64,000 bases of DNA from Tubiluchus corallicola (Eukaryota > Animalia > Priapulida). Within the stretch, counting starts at the first letter, position 1; every line of letters starts with the position of its first letter. The DNA is taken from the NCBI GenBank assembly GCA_030141605.1, contig JAQGDQ010000466.1, forward strand, positions 62,001 through 126,000, written 5' to 3'. The notes beneath the pieces were generated by a model. That model made no database searches and was not told the DNA's origin. It saw only the letters and a program-made list of their open reading frames with translations. Made by a program: the position numbers and the translations under genes. Shown one piece after another: positions 52,849 to 64,000 of the stretch.

Positions 52849-54274
52849 ATGTTGGTATTCAGCCAATGGTGACACTTCATCACTGGGATATTCCACAAGT
52901 TTTGCAGGAAAAGTATGAAGTTTGGCTGTTTGATGAAATGATTAAGGATTTTAAAAACTTTGCAGATGTTTGTTTTGAAAACTTAACAGATCGCATAAGT
53001 CTTGAAGCAAAATTTAGCTTTCACAGTTTTTAATTTGTCGTAGTCTAATAAACGTTACATTAAATTTCTGAGTAAGCTTTTTCATTTGCCTTTCCTTTTG
53101 AGATTCCTCAAATTATAATTACTTTTAAAATGAAACAGAAACTCTTATTTTTAAACACTATTTCAATGTGTAAGTGGTGAATGTTTTGCAGAATGTTATA
53201 GTTTTAGATAGGCTTTATTATATTACGCTTTTTTGGTACCTTACCTAAATGTTTTAATGTACACATTTGAAAATATTGTTTTGAAAGAGCGATTTATAAT
53301 TAGATGCGTTATTATTATTATTATTATTTTCAATATTGTCACCAATGGAGTTGCCTTTGGCCAATAATGTCAGAAAGAGCAAACATGTTATTCTTTGTAA
53401 AAGATCGAATTTAAATAAATTTTATCTTATATTATCTTTTTATCTTATTGCCAACATTAATTTGTATAGGTAAAATTCTGGATAACATTGAATGAACCGT
53501 GAATCATAGCGTTGCTTCATTATGGCAATAACTGGGTTGATACTCAAGAGTATGAATGTTCAGCTGTTGACACTTACATTGCAGGACACAATTTGTTGAA
53601 AGTTCATGCAGAGGCTTGCCATGTGTACATTGACAAATATAAAGATGAACAGAAAGGTATCAATAATTAATTTAGCTGTTTTCATAAATGCAGCTTAAAA
53701 TTCATAGATACTTTGTATATATTGTATACTTACATTTTAAATGTGATCTAAAAAGCCTGGGAACTGTAGTATATGGTGCTACTAAAGTAACTGTTGCTCA
53801 TAAGTTAATTTCTTCTTCTACGCTCATAGCATTGCAATGCATTGTTAATTTGTAATGATTATTACATAACTTGAATTTTTGTAATGTGTCAAATGGATCA
53901 ATAAACAAATCTAAAATCTAAAACAATTTTAATTCAGTTGGACTTAAAGATGTTTTCTGTAGAAATTACTGAAAATTATTGTACTGTTGTTCTAGGATTT
54001 TAAAATTGTAAACACAGTATTTCTAAAGAAGTCAATAGGCTGTCATTCGGAATCCAGTGGAATTTAATGGCAAGTCTATTTTGCAGGTGGATTGCAGTGG
54101 CAAAACTGGAACCGACTTGATTATCAAGAATAACCTTCTAAGATGAGATACTGAACCAGCAGACTTGTGTTAATCATGCAAACAGGCAAAATCAACATTA
54201 CTACTGATAATTTAATGAATCATGTTCAGAAAATTTTTACAATAGGTATAATTGGCATTATGCTGAATTCAGCT
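52849..54274 (+). pseudogene. GH1 unit 5: A 52849-52994 (donor GT>AT), B 53470-53656 (TGA), C truncated from 54246
   Basis: gatcgc|ATAAGT replaces |GTAAGT; NEP* present. Confidence 0.92.
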
Positions 54275-54954
54275 ATAGTAGAAAAATTAAAATGAATAAA
54301 CGAATTTAAACTAAACATCAGTTGCATGTTGCTTGAAACGAGGCATCTCTTAAACAACAAAAGGGTAGAACTTGCCTATCGTTTGTCCAACGCACTGAAC
54401 ATCTTGCAGTAGTGCTGTATTACATTTTTCACTCTCGCAAACATGTGCAACAAGTTTGCAGAATGCAACTGTTGTTGAAAATTTGGATAGTTTGTGATGC
54501 CATCAATAGTTGGGTGCGCCGGCCGTTGATTAAGCTTTTTATCTGTCACTTAATTATTAGAAACGGTTTTGCAGTATTAATTGTGTAAAAATGTGCAGAT
54601 TTTGGACTTGAAAATGGGGTAGCGCATGAAAAACCAGCCTGTTTACATTTGCGCGTGCCCTCACAAAGATATTATTACTATGTGTGTATTACTACACTAG
54701 ATCAATCTACATTACTAAGATAAAAAGTCTAAATAATTTTGCCTAATTCTGGGAAATCTTGAACACCTCTCCTCTGTGATTCTAAACCAACAACTTTGGA
54801 TTTCAGGCAGGCCTGTAACTAAAGTTAGTTTACTGACGTTTTGTCACCCACCTTCACACTTGCAGGGAAAAATGACTGTTTTTCTCATAGAATTCCTTTA
54901 CAGTGAAAAATGCTCTACTTAATTGTTTTATACATCTTATTATCTGTTTCTTAG

Positions 54955-55388
54955 ATGCTGGTATTCAGCCAATGGTGACACTTCATCACTGGGATATTCC
55001 ACAAGTTTTGCAGAAAAATGATTAAGGATTTTAAAAACTTTGCAGATGTTTGTTTTGAAAACTTTACAGATCGCGTAAGTCTTGAAGCAAAATTTTGCTT
55101 TCACAGTTTTTAATTTGTCGTAGTCTAATAAACGTTACATTAAATTTCTGAGCAAGCTTTTTCATTTATCTTTCCTTTTGAGATTCCTCAAATTATAATT
55201 ACTTTTAAAATGAAACAGAAACTCTTATTTTTAATCACTATTTCAATGTGTAAGTGGTGAATGTTTTGCAGAATGTTATAGTTTTAGATAGGCTTTATTA
55301 TATTACACTTTTTTTGGTATCTTACCTAAATGTTTTAATGTACACATTTGAAAATATTGTTTTGAAAGAGCGATTTATAATTAGATGC

Positions 55389-55460
<72 letters not shown>

Positions 55461-56462
55461 TTCAATATTGTCACCAATGGAGTTGCCTTTGGCCAATAAT
55501 GTCAGAAAGAGCAAACATGTTATTTTATGTAAAAGACCGACTTTAAATAAATTTATCTTATATTATCTTTTTATCTTATTGCCAACATTAATTTTTATAG
55601 GTAAAATTCTGGATAACCTTGAATGAACTGTGGATCATAGTGTTGCTTCATTATTGCAATAACTTGGTAGATACTCAAGAGTATGAAAGTTCAGGTGTTG
55701 ATACTTACATTGCAGGACACAATTTGTTGAAAGCTCATGCAGAGGCTTACAATTTGTACAAGGACAAATATAAAGATGAACTGAAAAGTATCAATAATTA
55801 ACTTAGCTGTTTTTATAAATGCAGCTTAAAATTCATAGATACTTTGTACATTTTAAGTGTGATATAAAAAGCATTGGAACTGAAGTATATGGTGCAACTA
55901 AAGTAACAGTTGCTCATAAGTTAATTTCTTCTGCTATGCTTATAGCATTGCAATGCATTGTTAATTTGTAATAATTATTACATAACTTGAATTTTTGTGA
56001 TGTGCCAAATGGATCAATAAACAAATCTAAAATCTAAAAACAAATTTAATTCAGTTGGACTTAAAGATGTTTTCTGTAGAAATTACTGAAAATTATTGTA
56101 CTGTTGTTCTAGGATTTTAAAATTGTCAACACAGTATTTCTAAACAAGTCAATAGGCTGTCATTTGGAATCCAGTGGAATTTAATGGCAAGTCTATTTTG
56201 CAGGTGGATTGCAGAGGCAAGACTGGAACCGACTTGATTATCAAGAATAACCCTCTAAGATGAGATACTGAACCAGCAGACTTGTGTTAATCATGCAAAC
56301 AGGCAAAATCAACATTACTACTGACAATTAAATGAATCATGCTAAGAAAATTTTTATAATAGGTATAATTGGCATTACGCTGAATTCAGTTTGGACTGAA
56401 CCACGTGACCCTGACAAAGCAGAAGACAGAGAAGCTACTTTCAGAGCACAAGAGTTTACGCT
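54955..56462 (+). pseudogene. GH1 unit 6: A 54955-55074 (26-bp deletion), B 55601-55787 open (NEL), C 56363-56462 cut just before its donor
   Basis: Exon A is 120 bp vs 146 bp. Exon C reads GIIGITLNSVWTEPRDPDKAEDREATFRAQEFTL and then switches to unrelated sequence. Confidence 0.92.
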
Positions 56463-57000
56463 CTTGATCTGAAGTGGGATATTTCACTTTATTTGGTGTA
56501 ACTCTTTGTCAGCATTTTGAGAATTCAATGATATTTACCTTCAGGTAATTAGTTACATAGCTAATTTTCTGGGGGGGGGGAAACTTTAGGCAAAAGCATA
56601 TCGAAAGAGCATAGCATCTTCCATTGAGTGAATTTGTTGATTATTCAGTTAAATGTGTTTTGACCATTAAATAGTTTTCCTTCAGATTTTGTAAACGCTA
56701 TAATTCCAGGTGTATGCCGACTTGAATAACTGATTTGTCCTTGATTGCACTGTAAACGTTTCAAGTGCTAGTGAAACCGTTATTTCGTTGCAGGCTTGTC
56801 AAAAGTCTTGGCCTAGATTTTGTATATTCCTAGTTTGCTACTTTGTTTGATTTGCACTCACAATACCCTGATATACAGTATATTTGTGTGTCTGTATGCG
56901 CTGAGCCAGTGTGTGTCTGTTGAATGATAGATCTATAAATATTCTGCAAGCATCAAGGTTTTCACTGTAACTACTATTTGTCCTATATTCTGTGATTAGA

Positions 57001-58030
57001 ATGTTACTCGTTTACGTGGAGAGTGAATTGCAGCAATTAACTGTACCTGTCTTAAAGCAGATAACTGCTTAACGTAGGTTAACTTTACCACAGGGTACAA
57101 ATAAGGCTGGAATAATTAATATAATCATGAATGCACAGGGTAACCCTGTGACGACAGGTGAACCTAGTGTTAGACAGAAAGAAGTTGGAGGTGTGTCAAG
57201 TACACCGAGTGTGTCTGATCAACTGTTAGCAACTCCCAATCCTGACGACCTTACCTTGCATTCTGCTATTAATAGTAAACCTGCGAATGGTGAGATGACA
57301 AAACGTTCAGTACCTCTTTATAACATTGAAAAGTTAGCAGAGCGCGAGAAAGAGCGTAAATGGGAACGGGAACGTGAAGAAAGGCGTGAACGTATGCAAC
57401 GTGAAGAGAGAGAATGGGAAGGTTAGCGAGAGGAACGCAGAGAACGAATGCAGAAAGAGCAGTATCAATTTGAGTTGAGGCTTCGTGAGCTGGGTGACAC
57501 AGGTTCCTCCTCAATAATCTGATTGCATGCTCACTACAACCGCATTTCGAATACCTCGAACGCAAGATTACAATGTTGTAAAGAAGACTTTGTTAGCTGC
57601 CTATGTCCTCTCCAGTGACATGTATCTTGAGCGTTTCCGCAAGATTACTCCGAGACCGGACGAAACATTCCGTCAGCTTTTTGTACGGCTTGATCGTGCC
57701 CTGCAAGAATGGCTGAAAGCCGAAGAAGCGTCCACCTTTGAGAACGTTTGTGAACTGCTATGTATTGAGCAGGCCCTTACATTGATGCCCCGTGAAATGA
57801 GCATTTGGGTCAGGCAGCAAGGGCAGAAGACAATGGAAAAGGTGGCAGAGAAAGCTGATTTGTACATTGCTTCTAATGCATTAGGTACGACTTCGAAAAA
57901 TGGTTTTGGAAAAAAGATGAATAATGATGTCATGAAGAAGATACTTCATGTCATGAAGAAGATACTGTTATACTTTTGGAGAACTTGGACACAAAAGGAC
58001 CCAGTGCCCGAAACGCCCCAATTATGGTGA
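57001..58030 (+). pseudogene. Gag remnant: SAP-like N-terminus, ERE-rich coiled coil, SCAN-like domain, zinc knuckle
   Basis: ELQQLTVPVLKQITA*RRLTLPQGTNKAGIINII; EREKERKWEREREERRERMQREERE; DYNVVKKTLLAAY.LSSDMYLERFR...ETFRQLFVRL.RALQEWL...ELLCIEQAL..MP.EMSIWVRQQ..KTMEKVAEKADLY. Confidence 0.85.
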
Positions 58031-58764
58031 AACAAGTGGCAAGAGTAGAAATCCTATTCGTCAATTCTTGGCCAAGACAGGAGATACTGGTCACCAATCC
58101 AGTCACTCTACTAATTCACCTGCGCCTATGCCTGAGTGTGTGCCTGAGTCTGATGAGTTTACCTTTAAAGCTAAAATTAATGGTATCTGGATCGATGGTA
58201 TAAGAGATTCTGGTGCTAGAGTGAGTTTGATCCAACCACGTTATGTCCGTCCAGAACAGTTTCTACAAAGTGAAAATTATACCAAAATTTTGTTGTAATT
58301 GAGCTGTTGTTGAGGTGGAATGTACGCTAGTCAATGGTAGATTGAGAGTGGCAGTGTCTGATAGTCTTCCTGTGCCCTTTTTGCTAGGTAATGATTACCG
58401 AACTGCTGTGACACCATTTAACATTAAACAGAGTTTTAGTACACCACCTAAACCACCATCAGTTGATTTAGAATGTATCACACCTGAAAATTCAGGTCTC
58501 ACATTGTTCTGATGAGCTTGTGAGTGGAAATAAAAATGTCTCGAAACAAGCTGGTAATTCGAAAAAAGCTTTTGCAGTAACCCGATCAAAAGCAAAGCAG
58601 CTACAAGCAGAAGCCAAGAGCGACAAACAATTACTTAGTAGTTTAAACGCTGATCAAAAAGCGGACAAAAATATTGCATCTGGCGTAAATACTAAAGCAC
58701 AGCAACAGCAGCTGTTTTATATTACCTGTCACGTGAAAAGTGCGATGCTCAACCCAGCGAACTT

Positions 58765-59457
58765 TTGGTTTTCCCCAAGTCTAGACGTTTGGCAGTCTTA
58801 TCTTTGGCACATGATGCGCACATGGCTGGTCACCTGGGCATCCGTAAAACTACCCAACGTGTTTTACAAGAATGTATTTGGCCTAGAGTTAAACGTTCAG
58901 TGATACAATATTGCCGCTCGTGTGTCCCATGTCAGAAAACGGCGAGAATTAAACGTTCTGATAAAGCGAAATTAAAGCCATTGTCCATACCTTCGATTGC
59001 ATTTCGAACTATAGCCATGGATATTATTGGGCCTATGAAGAGAACACCCTCGGGGAATAAGTATGCCTTAGTAATAATAGATCATGCTACGAGGTACTCC
59101 GATTGCTACCCGCTGCCAAATATTGAAACTACTACTGTTGTTAAAGCTTTATTGCAATACATATGTCGGCATGGCATCCCGCGTGAGATTTTAACCGACA
59201 GAGGTACTCAATTCACATCACAGTTAATCCATGATTTAGAACAGGCCTTGGGTGTAAAGGGAATTTTCACTTCCCCATATAACCCGCAGGGGAATGGGTT
59301 AACTGAGAGATTTAATGGCTCATTAAAATCCTGCATTTTAAAAGTCATGCAAAATGAGAAATATTTACCCTGGGATGAAACTATTCCGTTTATTTTATTT
59401 GCTTTCCGGGAAGTACCCCAAGAATCCACTGGGTATGCCCCATTTCAGTTAGTTTAT
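58765..59457 (+). CDS. Retrotransposon integrase (H2C2 zinc finger plus rve DDE core), open but C-terminally truncated
   Basis: AHDAHMAGHLG...YCRSCVPCQK; IAMDIIGP, TDRGTQF and GNGLTERFNGSLK; similarity ends after TGYAPFQLVY. Confidence 0.93.
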
Positions 59458-61342
59458 CTTTTTCTAATTGCAATTGCCCTGACCTATTGTGTTAAAAGTC
59501 TTGATATCAAGACTTTTAGGCCTTATTCTACCATTAATTATTGTCAATTTTTACAAAAGAAATTTAGTTTAACGGTATAATGACAGAAGCCAACTTGTTC
59601 TGAAATCAGATTTCAGCTGTACATTCAATGACACTGTGTCATGTTCCGCCCTACATTTAATAGTTCTCACATTATGCTTATGCAACATTAAGCCCTATTC
59701 ATACTGCATGTTCAATTAATTGATATGTATGATATTTAGCTACTGGCAGTGATAGTTATTTGTATTATTAATTACTGATATTTTGTTAGGATGTAGGCAC
59801 CTACTAACAAACCCCTTTTGAATTCCCTCTGACCCACTCTTGTCTGCCCTACCGTGGCTGTAATGCAGTGTCTAAGTCAAGGTTAATGATAGTGCACAGG
59901 TGAATAATATTATAGCTGTTTAAGCAAGTGGCTTCTCGATGCACTTCGTTCAACACCGTTTAGATACAGACGGCAACTTGACACAGAACGAGAAATTCGT
60001 TTACTCTGTGAAGTTATATGTTTTGGAAGAGAAATGCTGTACTAGAAAGTTTCGCACAAGATATGGTGTGTAATGTACATGGTGATACTGTGAGAGCCTA
60101 GTTGTTGTAAGCTACGGTCGTCAACCAGAGTTATCCCAGAGATGCTGGCCTGCAGTCTGCAGTAGTGAAGTTAGCCACTGACTGACAAATGTATCGACCT
60201 ACTACAGAACCAAATCCATGGTGGTAACAGGTACTTTTTGGTTTTGTTACGATCGTAACTAACGTCACACTGATAACGTAAACATCACGTATACTAGCCT
60301 AATGTTCTTCGATGCTACTTGCTGGGTCAAGACTAATCGGTAGTTTCTCTGACGAAGTTTGGAATCTCAACTGTATTCACACGCAGAGGTTATATTACGA
60401 CGTATTGCTACCGTTCTATAAACTGTTATACAACACTAGGTACAGAGTGGGCAAACATGAACTTTATGCAAACGCATATGCCCTACTAACCCCAAGCTTT
60501 GTCAATATTGCCATATCTTTGTTATTACTGAACTTTTGCTTAAATCGAATCACTTTGGAATTTGCTAATGATCAAATTGCTTCATTAATTATTTTAATGT
60601 CTGCCATTTGATCTTTCTTTTTTCTTCAAATCCATTAGTGTATAGAGTGCAAATAGGCCATAGTCCCCCGTATTTTTAACATCAGCATTAGGCCGATCTG
60701 CATCCATACATTTAGTGACTAGCTCCCTCCTGTTATGAGATGTAAAACTAACGCAGCATGTCCCTCTTTGATTCCCCTATAGGAAATACAAGATCAGGGT
60801 CATCACACACTGTTTATGCATTACTACTATATCATGTGATTGAAGCCACGTAGACAAAATTTTGGCTGTTCAGTTCGCCAAGGTATCCCGCTTTAAGTTG
60901 TCGAGTTAAGCGGACGTTCTCATGTCATAAAATGATGGTTTAGTAGTAATAGTGCTTGCTTGCAGAAAAGCGATCAGTCTACATGGTTACGACAGAGACG
61001 ATAGTTGCATTCCAGCGATGATACTTACCTGCTGCTGATTATATTTTCCTGACGCCGATGATACATCACTTATTAAAGAGTCTACTTATCAGTTGTCGAT
61101 GATATCTGCTGCTGATGACATTTACCTCTATTTACCCGACGCTGATGATAATGTCCTTGGTGCTTCCATGTTGTGATTACGAAATTGGTGATCCTTACCT
61201 TGTGACGAGTGCAGGAGCTTGGATGCTACCCTATTTTGGCGTCATATAAGTGGAGGCGTGTACATTAGGAGTCGTCAAAGTTTGGAGACGTCGTCCACGT
61301 AATCAGATCCATGAAGAGGTAGTGTAGTCAACCGTTCTATGG

Positions 61343-62182
61343 TGCAAAAACAATGAAGAAAATTGAACGCAAAAACAAAGAAGAAAACCGAACACAAAAA
61401 CAAAGATGAAACCGAACGCAAAAACAAAAAAGAAAACCGAACGCAAAAACAAAGTAGAAAACCGAACGCAAAAACAAAGAAGAAAACCGAATGCAAAAAA
61501 AGAAGAAAACCGAACGCAAAAACAATGAAGAAAACCGAAAGCAAAAACAAAGAAGAAAACCGAACGTAAAAACAAAGATGAAAACCGAACGCAAAAACAA
61601 TGAAGAAAACCGAACGCAAAAACAATGAAGAAAACCGAACGCAAAAAATGAAGAAAACTGAACGCAAAAACATTGAAGAAAACCGAACGCAAAAACAATG
61701 AAGAAAACCGAACGCAAAAACAATGAAGAAAACCGAACGCAAAAACAAAGAAGAAAACCAAACGCAAAAACAAAGAAGAAAACCGAATGCAAAAACAATG
61801 AAGAAAACCGAACGTAAAAACAAAGAAGAAAACCGAACGCAAAAACAAAGAAGAAAACCGAATGCAAAAAATGAAGAAAACTGAACGCACAAACATTGAA
61901 GAAAACCGAACGCAAAAATGAAGAAAACTGAACGCAAAAACAATGAAGAAAACCGAACGCAAAAACAATGAAGAAAACCGAACGCAAAAATGAAGAAAAC
62001 TGAACGCAAAAACAATGAAGAAAACCAAACGCAAAAACATTGAAGAAAACCGAACGCAAAAACAATGAAGAAAACCAAACGCAAAAACAAAGAAGAAAAC
62101 CGAACGCAAAAACAAAGAAGAAAACCGAACGCAAAAACAAAGAAGAAAACCGAACGCAAAAACAATGAAGAAAACCGAACGC
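61343..62182. repeat. 25-bp satellite (aagaaaaccgaacgcaaaaacaa[a/t]g), ~33 units
   Basis: Directly visible; some units are shortened by 2-3 bp. Confidence 0.98.
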
Positions 62183-62722
62183 AGACAGCTGATGTATGAA
62201 TAAGAGAAGGAAAGTTATTGGTCAAAACTCTAAATATGGTAACAGAACTGATTCATTAAATGATCTTGCATTAAATTTGTGTCATAATAAACAGTATTAA
62301 AATATTTGTTTAGCGCTAGGCCAAGTAAAGTGTTGCAATAGCCTCGCTTGAATTCACTAAAAATGCAACACAGCCACAATTTATTTCTCAGGCAAAACGA
62401 GCATGAATGCTCTATAATACGCGAATGATCTCAGCACGAAGAATAATTTACTTCTCACAGAAGCGAAATTTTCACATTTTGAATGGAATCACACATTTTG
62501 CACTCACAATCTCTTACTGCACTTAATATTATCGCAAAAAACTTTAGTTGCAGTTTCATTGCAAATGTCATAGGAGGATTGCACGGTAAATGATTTCAAC
62601 TGTCTCATTCAAGGATATGAATCGCATGAGAGTGATAGGAATTTGTCATGGTGAAATACCAGACGGTATGTTTAGCAACTGTTTAGCTCCGCCCAACGTT
62701 CACACTCACTAGAAATTTTCCA

Positions 62723-62865
62723 GAAAGATCGCCAAATACTGCGGAAAGATCGCGCAAAAACTGTGCAAAGATCGCGCAAATACTGCGGAAAGATCGCGCA
62801 AAAACTGTGCAAAGAACGCGAAAAAGCTGCGCAAACATCGCGCAAATACTGCGCAAAAACTGTGT
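62723..62865. repeat. ~22-bp CpG-rich minisatellite (aaagatcgcgcaaa(t/a)actg(c/t)g)
   Basis: About six units. Confidence 0.9.
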
Positions 62866-63449
62866 AAGGTTGCACAAAACTGAGTCGTTTAGCGAAGATA
62901 TTAGCTGTATTAGTTAAATTTGTTAGAATATTTTGAAAGTTTATGAATAAGAAATCACACTAATTTTTGCAAATACCTTAAAAAAGTGTTACAATTTTGA
63001 AAAATTCTTTAAGCTCATTTTCATTATTTGTATAATTTTGCTGTGTTCTGATAAGGGCAAAATTTTTGCCAATGAAATATTTCAATTCGGCTATCCCTGT
63101 CGAAGAATGTAAATATTAATTTTACGATCAATAAACCACTGCAACTACTATTACTATATGAGCTGCTACGGATAGAGCTGACAATCTACGGATAACGAAA
63201 GCTTTAGTCTTCAACAATTTGGAATTTACATTTAAAGTTTATAATCCTAGCAGCAGATTTTCTAAAATGACAAATTGCAGACCAATCATGATACACGCTC
63301 TCTCTGCACACAGAGAACAGCCCGATGGTTATTAAAATCTTCTAAAGTATTTCTCCTGAGATTCAGTTTATGCCCTACACATAAAGAAAGATGACAGCTT
63401 TCAGCAATTTTATCTGAAATTTAAAAATGACTGAAACGAACCGAAAATA

Positions 63450-64000
63450 ATAACACCGACTTTTGAAGTTTATAATCTTTACGGCAAATTCCGCAAAACA
63501 TTAAATTGCAGACATCTTGAGATGCGGTCTCTCTGCACACAAAAGAGCAGCTTATTTATAATCTTTTTGAAGTGTTTACCTGAGTGGCAGGTTACTAACT
63601 GCCGATAAAGAAAGATTGAAATCCCTTATAAATGTGTCTGGAATTTAATAGCGATTGATAGGCTGATAATAATAATGAATCTTTTTGAAGTGTTTACCTG
63701 AGTGGTAGGTTACTCCCTGCCAACAAAGAAGGATTTTAATCCCTTATAAATGTGTCTGGAATTTAATAACGATTGATAGGCTGATAATAATAATGAATCT
63801 TTTTGAAGTGTTTACCTGAGTGGTAGGTTACTCCCAGCCTACAAAAGAAAGATTTTAATCCCTTATAATTGTGTCTGGAATTTTACAATGATTGATAAGC
63901 TGATAATAATAATGAATCTTTTTGAAGTGTTTACCTGAGTGGCAGGTTACTCCCAGCCTACAAAGAAAGATTTTAATCCCTTATAATTGTGTCTGGAATT
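63450..64000 (-). repeat. Inverted copy of the 118-bp minisatellite (about four units, running off the window) plus its flank
   Basis: ttgaagtgtttacctgagtggcaggttactccc...gattttaatccc...tgtctggaatttaatagcgattgata is the reverse complement of the 16627 unit; flank 63500-63563 matches 17224-17285. Confidence 0.95.

Larger units (their letters stand above)
42660..56462 (+). repeat. Tandem array of ~2.1 kb units (one partial plus six), each holding three GH1 glycosidase exons with introns
   Basis: Exon A starts at 44471, 46590, 48606, 50742, 52849 and 54955 (spacing 2016-2136 bp); introns are near-identical between units. Confidence 0.97.
56463..59457 (+). mobile_element. Decayed Gmr1-like Gypsy LTR retrotransposon (gag-SCAN-CCHC, protease, integrase; RT/RNase H missing)
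   Basis: PBS-like ..tctgaagtgggat at ~56468; gag from 57001; SCAN-like capsid 57560-57870; knuckle CYTFGELGHKRTQCP at 57966; protease IRDSGARVSLI at ~58200; AVTRS linker; integrase follows directly. Several stops and frameshifts. Confidence 0.9.

Noticed and set aside
59460-61270. Possible RT or 3' LTR of the Gmr1-like element; ORF 60312-60611
   Set aside because: No YxDD or RNase H motifs seen, no matching 5' LTR to compare, and the ORF has no recognisable features.
61275-62225. 316, 270 and 267-aa membrane-protein-like ORFs
   Set aside because: All three frames of a 25-bp satellite; not annotated as genes.

Overview
AT-rich, repeat-dominated DNA that reads as an invertebrate animal nuclear genome (spliceosomal GT-AG introns, microsatellites, decayed Gypsy, CR1 and piggyBac elements). 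Only one apparently intact host gene is visible: a two-exon, minus-strand Golgi-type carbohydrate sulfotransferase (403-2375) with substitutions at two canonical PAPS-binding positions. From about 6.7 to 40 kb the same non-coding modules recur in similar order every 8-11 kb, interleaved with minisatellites and TE remnants. From 42.66 to 56.46 kb there is a tandem array of ~2.1 kb units, six near-complete plus one partial. Each unit carries the same three internal exons of a glycoside hydrolase family 1 (GH1, beta-glucosidase/lactase-like) gene with their introns, and every unit is damaged in some way. The array is cut off by a decayed Gmr1-like Gypsy element (gag/SCAN-protease-integrase). The window ends in 25-bp, 22-bp and 118-bp satellites. 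I see no prokaryote-style operon, CRISPR array or RNA gene. The best candidates for something undescribed are the GH1 exon-cassette array and the ~9 kb composite macro-repeat. All similarities were judged by eye, so boundaries of decayed elements are approximate.
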